A DNA stretch of 12,317 bases. Origin: a virus. Taxonomy: Duplodnaviria; Heunggongvirae; Uroviricota; Caudoviricetes. Under the pieces are notes generated by a model. That model made no database searches, had not been told where the DNA came from, and saw only the letters and a program-made list of their open reading frames with translations. Below, in pieces: positions 1 through 7,262 of the stretch; within the stretch, counting starts at the first letter, position 1; the number at the start of each line of letters is the position of its first letter. Where the stretch lies: positions 1 to 12,317 of the IMG/VR virus record IMGVR_UViG_2802429246_000010. The stretch is one strand, 5' to 3'. The position numbers and the translations under genes were made by a program.

Positions 1-1632
1 ATGGTAACTCGGACAATGCAACAAAAGTATGATCGTGTTTTATCTGGCGAATCCCATCCATTCCCTGGCATATACGAGGCGGTTTCCGAACAACTCCTTT
101 TGCTCATCTTTAAGGCTCGTCAGCTATATCAGAATCCAGAATATCGCCCCTGGTTTGAAGAACAGCACAGAGTTCTCTCTGCATTACGTGCTAATACAGA
201 GCTCTTGAGAATATTTAGAGAACAAAGAAACGCGGAAGAACCAGAGCTTATTATTAAAGAATCTACATTACCCCTACTCACTAATTCTAATCTTACAGAT
301 GCGCTTAATATTATGTGCCATTTATACAATGGTTTTGATGAAGGAAATATCAGTCTGAAAACCTGGGGGGCGATGCAAGAGGTACAGACAACATCAACCT
401 TTATCAGCCCGGGACCGAGAACCTGGAAAACACCTGAACTGGCAAAGTTTGTAGGAGATGATTTATTTAATATTCTGACTGAATGTAAAGCCTGGAGTTC
501 ACCAATTCCAGCAGAAACCCGACAGGGCTATTGCCATCAGGATCTGTCTGTTGCACACTCCTGCACCTCAGAGTTACTGGCACACCTGAATCAATACCAT
601 GAAATTGATGAATCAGCAATACTTGCCAGAGTTATTGGTATGACGGTTAACGGATTCTACAAGAAAAATAATACAGACCTCCCAGAATGGCTATCCCCCT
701 TTAAAGAGGAACATAAAATATTCAGAGATTGTCTGGAGCAAAAGACCGAGGATGTAATCAGACTGAAAGAACAACTGTTGAAAACAGGACGTTCAGAATT
801 CGTGAATAATTTGTGTCGGGTCGCCAACTGGTATGAAATTAAGTCAATATACGATGAATATGTCCGTCTTTATGCCAATGAAATCATTGGTTGGTTCAAC
901 AAAACCATGGAATATTTTAAACCAACAGATTTTATCCGATATACATGGAAATTCGCAACAGTTACTCCAGGTAAAGAGACAGAAACCAAGCATACAACTG
1001 CATGGGAAAAGGATTATTGCCAGATAACTATACAACGTGATGAACTTCTGAGATTGATTCACACGAATACCCTTCAGGATGCAGTAATTTATCTTTGCCA
1101 TTGTCTGCAGAAGAAATACAAGAAATCATCCCAAAATGAGATAGAGTTTCCAGGAATAAAACCTCCGGCATCAGAGAGTGAAATTAATATAACAGATAGT
1201 TTTGAATTTTATTCTCTCCTGGAGCTCAGTAAAGATAATGAGAGACGGCTGGAAACATTTCAAAAATGGTATGAAAAAAATAAAGTTTTGTTAGAAAGTC
1301 ATAAACAAAAACGAACAGAGAAGATTGACGTTGCCGTACGACTTGTAGGGCTGAAAGCCTATGATCTGCATGAAGGGATTCCGGATAGTCCAAAACGAAA
1401 AGTTAAAGATGGCATAAATGAAGACATCAAAGCCGATACCAGTTTACGCCTGCCAAAGACAAATATAAGTGATACGTCGCTAAACCGTTATCGCCGCACT
1501 GTTAAGGAGATTATCAATAACGAAATCGACGCATTCCTGTTGGAACAGAAGAAAAAAAATAAAAGATTTCCCTACAGTGAAGATAGAGATGTGATTCGAC
1601 CTTTATGGGGAAAATGCCTGACCGGGCAGTAG
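1..1632 (+). CDS. hypothetical protein (543 aa), AT-rich accessory/cargo gene; ATG sits at position 1 so the true 5' end may lie beyond the window
   Basis: Uninterrupted 1632-nt ORF with coding-like amino-acid composition; noticeably more AT-rich than the rest of the window; followed by a hairpin terminator; no motif I can recognise by eye. Confidence 0.5.
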   Translation: MVTRTMQQKYDRVLSGESHPFPGIYEAVSEQLLLLIFKARQLYQNPEYRPWFEEQHRVLSALRANTELLRIFREQRNAEEPELIIKESTLPLLTNSNLTDALNIMCHLYNGFDEGNISLKTWGAMQEVQTTSTFISPGPRTWKTPELAKFVGDDLFNILTECKAWSSPIPAETRQGYCHQDLSVAHSCTSELLAHLNQYHEIDESAILARVIGMTVNGFYKKNNTDLPEWLSPFKEEHKIFRDCLEQKTEDVIRLKEQLLKTGRSEFVNNLCRVANWYEIKSIYDEYVRLYANEIIGWFNKTMEYFKPTDFIRYTWKFATVTPGKETETKHTTAWEKDYCQITIQRDELLRLIHTNTLQDAVIYLCHCLQKKYKKSSQNEIEFPGIKPPASESEINITDSFEFYSLLELSKDNERRLETFQKWYEKNKVLLESHKQKRTEKIDVAVRLVGLKAYDLHEGIPDSPKRKVKDGINEDIKADTSLRLPKTNISDTSLNRYRRTVKEIINNEIDAFLLEQKKKNKRFPYSEDRDVIRPLWGKCLTGQ

Positions 1633-1640
1633 ATCACTGA

Positions 1641-1676
1641 GGGGATAACAGCCCGGTTATCCCCTGTTTGTTCTGC
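1641..1676 (+). terminator. rho-independent terminator downstream of the 543-aa ORF
   Basis: 9-bp stem GGGGATAAC (1641-1649) / GTTATCCCC (1656-1664) with 6-nt loop, followed by TGTTTGTTCTGC. Confidence 0.5.
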
Positions 1677-1718
1677 TTCAGGTTGCCAGAGCTCTAGGAA
1701 CACGAGGCAATCGGCAAA

Positions 1719-2315
1719 TTATGCGGCTTTTCCATTAACAGATTCGGCCACAAGAACGACAGTGTGTTTGTTTCGCTCAGGATGTTCACTCCAGATTTCT
1801 GATTCCGGGATGCTTTCCCCGTCATAACTGATCCGTTCGCCATCAAACGGGTAATACCGTGCGGAATCAGTATCTAAAATAAACACCTTCAGATTCGTTG
1901 AACGACGCGCAATATGCTGCCAGAGAGCTTTTCCTCCTTCATATTGCTCGTTATCACTTAATAGTACAACGCCCGCTTTTGTGACTATCGTTTCATAAAC
2001 AAACGTTGCAAGACCAACATCGCGTACAGCTCCATCGACAACAATCCCTTCAATCTGAGCAACATCCTGTTCTTCCCAGAATTTCTGGACAAACACGCCT
2101 TCAAGTCGGGGACGACGCTGAAGCTCCAGAGTGGCAACAACCTTATGGCGAACATCACCATCAATAACAGAAGGTGCAGCTTCGATTACCGCAGCAAACG
2201 GAGTCTTTGGATCCCAGATGATCTGGTAAAGCACGCCCTGAATAGTTACTCCATCCAGTATCGAAAAACGACGGGCTACAGTAGCAGGGGAGTAAGACAT
2301 TGGAATTACAGCCAT
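1719..2315 (-). CDS. hypothetical protein (198 aa from ATG at 2313-2315; the track ORF extends to an upstream GTG at 2345)
   Basis: ATG at 2315 is preceded on the minus strand by AGAGGGGA about 9 nt upstream; coding-like composition; about 100 bp downstream of the integrase on the same strand; no recognisable domain. Confidence 0.5.
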   Translation of the reverse strand: MAVIPMSYSPATVARRFSILDGVTIQGVLYQIIWDPKTPFAAVIEAAPSVIDGDVRHKVVATLELQRRPRLEGVFVQKFWEEQDVAQIEGIVVDGAVRDVGLATFVYETIVTKAGVVLLSDNEQYEGGKALWQHIARRSTNLKVFILDTDSARYYPFDGERISYDGESIPESEIWSEHPERNKHTVVLVAESVNGKAA

Positions 2316-2444
2316 TTTAGAATCCCCTCTGAGTAATACAGGCACGAAAATTTACCTCAATAATTATAGTAAACAATACCAGAGCCAGGCGCATCAACAA
2401 TACTCATCAATTGTACTCAAGTCGTACAACGATCAGGAACGCCC

Positions 2445-3761
2445 TCACCTTCTACCAAACAGATTAACAACATTATTACCTGTCTGCTGTTGGTGGTTAT
2501 TAACCCGGTCCTCCCAGATCTCAAGTGCTCTGCGTTTTTCTGGCAAATAATCGTATCGATCATAATGTTTTGAACTGACATCGTTCAACGCATGATTTTG
2601 AATACGATCGCGGATTTCCTTACTGATTCCAGCTTCTCCCATTAACGTTTTACAGGTCCGACGTAAGTCACGTGCTGTAAAAATTTTAAAGTCAGGATTA
2701 CAAGCCCGGAAATACATGATAGCGCGAGCCAGACTGTCCGTACGAACCGGACGCTTACCATTAGTCGAAAGCGGGAAAATGTAAGGGCTCGATTTTTCTT
2801 TTGTTAACTCCTGCACACAAGATAATTCCTGTAATGCTGATTCAGTCAACGGTATCAAATGTTCTCGCTTATTTTTAGAGACATCCGCAGTCACCAGCAG
2901 CGTTTTTTGCTGAAAATCAACATCACACCACTGACTGGCGATCATTTCGAAGGGACGTTGCCCCCCGGTATAGATACAGAATCGGATCAAATGTTGCATC
3001 AATAATCCAACGTTGGTTGCTTCAGCAAAATGTTCCATTAGAAAACGCAACTCTTCGAGTGTCAGCCAGGTGTCACCGACTTTTTCAGCAGATGACTGTT
3101 TCGGTATCACTGATACCGGATTGGCCTCCAGCCCAAAAGTAATCCCTACACTTGTGTTCATCGGATCGTTATCAGCTTTCAGACCATAGTTAAATGCAGC
3201 CATCAGGTAAGAACGGATCCGGTTAGAGTGAACCACTGCACCGCGCTGAATGATCCCGGCCAGGATATGTTTAATCTGTCCGGAAGTCACATCTTTAGCT
3301 TTAGTCTCACGGGGGATCACTGTATAGCATTCATTTTCAAGGCGTTTCAGAACATCCTGCCATGTTCTCTTATTATCAATTTTCATTTTGTTAACATAAC
3401 CATGAATCAATGCTTCAAATGAGCCCTGTGATTGATGGAGTTGTATCCGCTGCTGTTCTGCAAGCTGTTGTCGCTCCAGTTCTGTCTGGGGATCCTTTCC
3501 TTCAATGAGCCAGGCACCATACTTTTTTGCCAGTTCATTCGCTGTAGCCAGTTTCATCTCAGGCCATATACCCAATTGAATGAATCTTTCTTTTTTCCCT
3601 TTTTCCACGTAATAGCGGAAATAGAAAATTTTGCTGCCAGAAGACTGAACTTTGATGCCAAGTCGTCCAGTGCCACGTTGAGAACTGTTGCTCCAGACAT
3701 AGAACGATGTCTTTTTTGCTTTCAATGCTCGGATAGCTGTTTCAGTTAGATTGACGGCCAT
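2445..3761 (-). CDS. int: site-specific tyrosine recombinase (phage integrase), P4-type with N-terminal arm-binding domain
   Basis: 438 aa; N-terminus (LTETAIRALK...GSKIFYFRYY...ERFIQLGIWPEMKLATA) fits the P4-integrase N-terminal domain pattern; C-terminus has the R...H..R...Y arrangement (ARDLRRT...HALND...HYDRYDY); AAGAGG RBS about 5 nt upstream of ATG at 3761; lies next to a tRNA-derived att core. Confidence 0.9.
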   Translation of the reverse strand: MAVNLTETAIRALKAKKTSFYVWSNSSQRGTGRLGIKVQSSGSKIFYFRYYVEKGKKERFIQLGIWPEMKLATANELAKKYGAWLIEGKDPQTELERQQLAEQQRIQLHQSQGSFEALIHGYVNKMKIDNKRTWQDVLKRLENECYTVIPRETKAKDVTSGQIKHILAGIIQRGAVVHSNRIRSYLMAAFNYGLKADNDPMNTSVGITFGLEANPVSVIPKQSSAEKVGDTWLTLEELRFLMEHFAEATNVGLLMQHLIRFCIYTGGQRPFEMIASQWCDVDFQQKTLLVTADVSKNKREHLIPLTESALQELSCVQELTKEKSSPYIFPLSTNGKRPVRTDSLARAIMYFRACNPDFKIFTARDLRRTCKTLMGEAGISKEIRDRIQNHALNDVSSKHYDRYDYLPEKRRALEIWEDRVNNHQQQTGNNVVNLFGRR

Positions 3762-3808
3762 AGAACCTCTTTTCTAAACCAGTAACAATCAAAATAACTC
3801 GTAAATTT

Positions 3809-3831
3809 GGGTCAGGTAATGGGTCAGGTAA
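3809..3831. promoter_or_regulatory. tandem direct repeat GGGTCAGGTAA x2 (candidate integrase arm-type or accessory-protein site) in the int upstream region
   Basis: Exact 11-bp copies at 3809-3819 and 3821-3831 separated by 1 nt, between the int start codon and the tRNA-derived core; followed by ACAATTA-type AT-rich repeats (3900-3940). Confidence 0.3.
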
Positions 3832-3957
3832 CGATCGTACAATGGAGAAAAAACGGAACCAAGCGGAAACAGAAGCAATTACATAATTACTTGATTATAA
3901 ACAATTAATAAAACAATTACGAACAAACCAAAACAATATAGAATGGACTTGCCTCAT

Positions 3958-4004
3958 GACTCATAATCGCTTGGTCGTTGGTTCAAACCCAACAGGGGCC
4001 ACCA
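3958..4004 (+). other. att core remnant: 47-nt 3' fragment of a tRNA-Ile(CAU)-like gene (anticodon loop through CCA), truncated at the 5' side
   Basis: GACTCATAATCGCTTGGTCGTTGGTTCAAACCCAACAGGGGCCACCA closely matches the 3' part of enterobacterial ileX/ileY-type tRNA as I recall it, with compensatory T-stem changes (GTTGG/CCAAC); the upstream 30 nt cannot form an acceptor or D arm, so this is not a complete tRNA. Confidence 0.65.
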
Positions 4005-4012
4005 TATCTATC

Positions 4013-4050
4013 AAGGGGTTACGTTAACAGCGTGACCCCTTCGTTTTTTC
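4013..4050 (+). terminator. rho-independent terminator immediately after the tRNA-derived core
   Basis: Stem AAGGGGT (4013-4019) / ACCCCTT (4035-4041), 15-nt loop, then CGTTTTTTC. Confidence 0.45.
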
Positions 4051-4330
4051 TAGGATACCTATAGGATACCGTGACAGAGTATAAGCAGGTATAAAAACAA
4101 CAAGTTACGCAACATCATACCTGTCATGAAACTTTAACTATCCGACATGATAGCTGGTCGATGATCACGGATAATCCGTTATGTGGATCCCCATATCGGC
4201 ATCAGACCCACCAGCGTGAAGCGTTTTTCATTTTTCGCGGGTATAAAAAATCGATGGGGCTGGCAGTCCGGAAGACGTCAGGTCACAGGGATTTGACCCG
4301 CCCCTCCCTGTGCATGAGCACAATAAGTAA

Positions 4331-4539
4331 CCGAAGGCGGAATTCCGCCCTCGGTACTCACATATGAGAAACGATATTTCTTCCACCGATACCCTTTATT
4401 TGGGTATCGCGAGTAAGCCCCAAAATCTGGGTGTTACTCTTACTACCCAAACTACGGGTAGTTTCCGTAATTTCATGGTCGAGTTGCAGATCTGCAACTC
4501 ACCCACCAGCGCAACGCTGAAAGCCAGTCAGTAAACTGG
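4331..4539. repeat. cluster of six inverted repeats/hairpins in non-coding DNA, including a perfect 20-bp palindrome at 4481-4500
   Basis: CCGAAGGCGG-AATT-CCGCCCTCGG (4331-4354); CGATACCC/GGGTATCG (4387-4409); ACTACCC/GGGTAGT (4442-4462); GAGTTGCAGATCTGCAACTC (4481-4500); CAGCG-CAA-CGCTG (4507-4519); GCCAGT/ACTGGC (4522-4539). No convincing ORF on either strand. Confidence 0.6.
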
Positions 4540-4560
4540 CTTCGGTCATTGTGCACTACG

Positions 4561-5103
4561 TTACTTGTCTTTATCCGGCTGAAACTTATCAGGCACATTT
4601 CCGGTAGTTTCCATCAGATAATCGGACAGCATTCGCGGGATGTTTTCATCAAGTTTTGTGCATGCGTTACAGGCTCTGACAACTTCTTTTTTCAGGCCAT
4701 CCAGCATGACGGGGGTCATCTGTGGGAAGCTCCTTTGCATAGTAAGCGGCAGGCTGTCCATGATTGATGAAATCTGACTCGCCAGTTTTGAAAGCGCGTA
4801 CATGCAAAACTCTGTATCAATCACGTCACCGCGATCGCGCTCGTTTTTAAGTTCCTGCGCCTCCGCCTGTGCTGTCAGTAATCTGATCCTGACTCGTAAG
4901 AGTTCATCATCATCAATCTCGCCTTTGTCGTTTGTAAGCTGGCTAATTGCATTGTTAACCCTATTGTCTATCACGCTGGCAACATCATAAAACGCCTCAC
5001 GGCCTTTACGTTCAACGGGAGTCACTCCCCACTTGTCGAATGCTGTAGCACTTACCCGGCAGCTTTGCGCCATGGTTTTTTTGTTCATCAGGTGCGATTT
5101 CAT
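4561..5103 (-). CDS. terminase small subunit, lambda Nu1-like (N-terminal winged-HTH cosB-binding type)
   Basis: 180 aa from ATG at 5103 (lambda Nu1 is 181 aa); collinear similarity to lambda Nu1 along the whole length, e.g. LTAQAEAQELKNERD..DTEFCMYALSKLASQISSIMDSLPLTMQRSFP...LDENIPRMLSDYLMETTG against lambda LTRAQADAQELKNARD..ETAFCTFVLSRIAGEIASILDGLPLSVQRRFP...LDELIPGLLSEYIEQSG; a lambda-like cos lies directly upstream. Start is ambiguous (ATG 5103 or ATG 5085). Confidence 0.8.
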   Translation of the reverse strand: MKSHLMNKKTMAQSCRVSATAFDKWGVTPVERKGREAFYDVASVIDNRVNNAISQLTNDKGEIDDDELLRVRIRLLTAQAEAQELKNERDRGDVIDTEFCMYALSKLASQISSIMDSLPLTMQRSFPQMTPVMLDGLKKEVVRACNACTKLDENIPRMLSDYLMETTGNVPDKFQPDKDK

Positions 5104-5109
5104 CAATAT

Positions 5110-5300
5110 CCCAACTTGGTCAAGGTTTCAGGTTGGTGTGTTGGTGTTATCTTTCCCTTTTTATTCATGGAGATAGAGCAAACAACAAAACCACCACCAC
5201 CACCCTGAAAAAGCTCATAAATAGCGAAAAACCGCGAGGTCGCCGCCCCGTAGCCTACCGGATCGCCGGAAAGGACCCGCCAGCCAGAACGGGCCCTAAT
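5110..5300 (-). other. lambda-type cohesive-end site (cos); cosN 12-nt overhang sequence at 5237-5248, diverged cosB-side region 5110-5214
   Basis: Minus strand reads GGGCGGCGACCTCGCGGTTTTTCGCTATTTATGA (plus 5215-5248), matching the lambda left end GGGCGGCGACCTCGCGGGTTTTCGCTATTTATGA at 33 of 34 positions including the full cohesive-end 12-mer; sequence then diverges from lambda before the Nu1-like start. Confidence 0.8.
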
Positions 5301-5304
5301 TTCA

Positions 5305-5688
5305 TCAACCAATCAACTTATAGCGACCATCCCGTGCATTGCGGCGTACACGCTCAATCTTGAGGCATAGCGCCGCATCTGGCTTTTTTGGGACAGGTAC
5401 GCGGCAATATTCAGAAGCTCGAGGAATATTGTTTATCCAGTCGATCACTTCGCTTAAATACCAGGCCTTACGCCCTTCCGTAACCTGTACGCGTTCGGGG
5501 AACTCTCCGCGAGCCTCAAGGTTTAGCAATGTGCGACGGCTAAGGGTAGTAAGTTCCATCACCTGATTCATATCAACAAGGCGTTCACTTAAACGCATTT
5601 TGTCAGCAATAGCCTTTAATTCCTCTACTGCTGGATCCGGATACATCATTTCGGCAATTGGCTTAAGGTCATTGTAATGATTCTGCAT
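5305..5688 (-). CDS. AlpA/Vis-family HTH DNA-binding protein (127 aa, with an N-terminal extension of about 30 aa)
   Basis: Core RLVDMNQVMELTTLSRRTLLNLEARGEFPERVQVTEGRKAWYLSEVIDWINN fits the AlpA pattern; AGGGGGA RBS 5-6 nt upstream of ATG at 5688; stop lies about 57 bp from cosN. Confidence 0.7.
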   Translation of the reverse strand: MQNHYNDLKPIAEMMYPDPAVEELKAIADKMRLSERLVDMNQVMELTTLSRRTLLNLEARGEFPERVQVTEGRKAWYLSEVIDWINNIPRASEYCRVPVPKKPDAALCLKIERVRRNARDGRYKLIG

Positions 5689-5699
5689 TGTATCCCCCT

Positions 5700-6041
5700 T
5701 TACACACGAGCCAGCGGCTGAACAGAAATACCTGAGCCAACAAACGCGGCAACCTTTGCCGACAGTTCTTTTACAGACTCAGGCCAGTTCAGAGCATCAA
5801 CATTTAAAACACCTGTCTTATAAACCTGTGCCTGTGTTTTTTTCGCTGTGTCGATTTGTACAGCGGAAACATAAACCGCTTTGCCTGCGCTCGTTCCATC
5901 CCATACCACTAGCGCACCAGTTGCATCTTCCTGCATCAGTGGCGTAAACGCAGGTATTACCCCTTTATTGGCTGAAAATATCCCCAGCGTAGTAACCAGT
6001 GCTTCAGTGCCAGACATGAGTTCAGTGTAATGAGTAGCCAT
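5700..6041 (-). CDS. head decoration protein, lambda gpD-like
   Basis: 113 aa; TPLMQEDATGALVVWDGTSAGKAVYVSAVQIDTAKKTQAQVYKTGVLNVDALNWPE...AFVGSGISV aligns with lambda gpD [55 protein letters not shown]...AFAGTAISIV; AAGGGGGAG RBS overlaps the stop of the upstream capsid gene. Confidence 0.8.
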   Translation of the reverse strand: MATHYTELMSGTEALVTTLGIFSANKGVIPAFTPLMQEDATGALVVWDGTSAGKAVYVSAVQIDTAKKTQAQVYKTGVLNVDALNWPESVKELSAKVAAFVGSGISVQPLARV

Positions 6042-6050
6042 TGCTCCCCC

Positions 6051-7097
6051 TTAGCCAATGCGAACGGTAACAAAACGATTGATGCGGGCCGGTATTGGCT
6101 GTGGTGCTGAATGTGTCTGCACATATTCAATAGCCGGATCACCAGGCACAATATAGTTTTTCGGTGCAAGTTCGGCTTTAGTCAGCCCCATCCGAATTAG
6201 CTCCGGATCCTGAATACCGCCATAAGCGACAATCCCCTGAAGAGCCGTATTGCCAAGCACCATCAAATCAGGATCAAGGAAATATTTTTCAGTTCCGTCC
6301 TCGTCGGTATAACGCCCGCTGTAAACAACAATCGCAACATCGCCCATATACCCTTTAAAACTCACCGAATCACCAAGGTCTTTAAGGGCCGTTTCCAGTT
6401 CGGAATTAGAACCACGACGGGTATCCAGAGCCTCTTTTATCGCTCTGAATGAACGGTATTTCTTCCATACATTACCGCCCATAATGATGATATTAGTGAC
6501 GCCCTCACTAAATTCTGCGTAGCTCTCAATATCATCATTTGGATCAAAAGTTTCTTTATCCTTACCTGACCACTCAGCACCGCCAGACTGCGTGATAATA
6601 TTTTGTGGTTTTATATTCCAGTCCAGTTCATAACGTTCAATACCATCGCCCTCAATGATATTTTTCCCCGTTGTGATTGCCTGAACAGCAAGCCATTCAA
6701 TACGTGCACGTATAGCTTTAGCCTGATTTACAATCGCCTGTTTAACTTTAATATTACGCGCCCCAAAAGCATTGTATTGTTCAGGTGATACACCAGCAGG
6801 GCGCACAGCTAACTTATTTGGATCAATGCTGCTTTTCGGTTTCATATAGCCAGGGCGAATTGTTTTTGATTCGTATCCCTCATCTCGTGAAACTTTACTG
6901 CCCACCATAGGAGAGCAAAACGCCGCGATCGGGATATTTGGATCGTCGATCGTATCAAGAATAATGTCTCTCGATTCAAACATTACCGAGCGAGTGAAAA
7001 ACAAACTGGTAAACAACGCATTTAATTTTTTTTGCACATCTTCAGCATTAGCCACCTGCACAAGCTGTGTAGGCGAATATAAATCAACCATACTCAT
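6051..7097 (-). CDS. major capsid protein, lambda gpE-like (start at ATG 7097 or 7091; track ORF extends to 7178)
   Basis: Strong collinear similarity to lambda gpE, e.g. ITQSGGAEWSGKDKETFDPNDDIESYA...YRSFRAIKEALDTRRGSNSELETALKDLGDSVSFKGYMGDVAIVVYSG...MVLGNT...GDPA against lambda ITQSGGTEWSKRDKSTYDPTDDIEAYA...FRSFKAVKEKLDTRRGSNSELETAVKDLGKAVSYKGMYGDVAIVVYSG...MVLGNT...GDPA; N-terminus MSMVDLYSPTQL parallels lambda MSMYTTAQLL; AAAGAGG RBS just upstream. Confidence 0.85.
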   Translation of the reverse strand: MSMVDLYSPTQLVQVANAEDVQKKLNALFTSLFFTRSVMFESRDIILDTIDDPNIPIAAFCSPMVGSKVSRDEGYESKTIRPGYMKPKSSIDPNKLAVRPAGVSPEQYNAFGARNIKVKQAIVNQAKAIRARIEWLAVQAITTGKNIIEGDGIERYELDWNIKPQNIITQSGGAEWSGKDKETFDPNDDIESYAEFSEGVTNIIIMGGNVWKKYRSFRAIKEALDTRRGSNSELETALKDLGDSVSFKGYMGDVAIVVYSGRYTDEDGTEKYFLDPDLMVLGNTALQGIVAYGGIQDPELIRMGLTKAELAPKNYIVPGDPAIEYVQTHSAPQPIPARINRFVTVRIG

Positions 7098-7262
7098 CCT
7101 CTTTACATTCATTACAAATAATTGTGAATATATTCTATTACCGATGTCTGCTATGCGAATACATGCAACCAAGTGCAATGTTGTATAAAATATGCCGTGA
7201 CAACTTCAGTGCTGATAATTCGTGTTAATGTATTTACTTCCTTTGGTCGGGATTTATGTAGC

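Noticed and set aside
3929-4004. Complete tRNA-Ile gene
   Set aside because: Only the 3' 47 nt match; the upstream sequence cannot form the acceptor 5' strand or D-arm, so it is an att core fragment.
4283-4302. About 20-bp near-identical inverted match between 4283-4302 and 8501-8520 (seen as a shared HRDLTRP peptide in two spurious ORFs)
   Set aside because: An 18/20 match is expected about once by chance in a 12-kb window on two strands, and the second copy lies inside the replication coding sequence; a crr-like site is possible but unsupported.
4161-4367. 68-aa plus-strand ORF inside the hairpin-dense region
   Set aside because: No RBS, R/S-rich translation, and it spans palindromic non-coding structure.
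4207-4511. 11-bp direct repeat ACCCACCAGCG at 4206-4216 and 4501-4511
   Set aside because: Exact 11-mers recur by chance many times in 12 kb; no extended similarity around them.
5103-5363. Track ORFs 5103..5312 (minus) and 5133..5363 (plus) overlapping the cos site
   Set aside because: They run through cosN and the GGT-repeat tract (giving a GGGGG run), have no RBS, and the region is better explained as cos.
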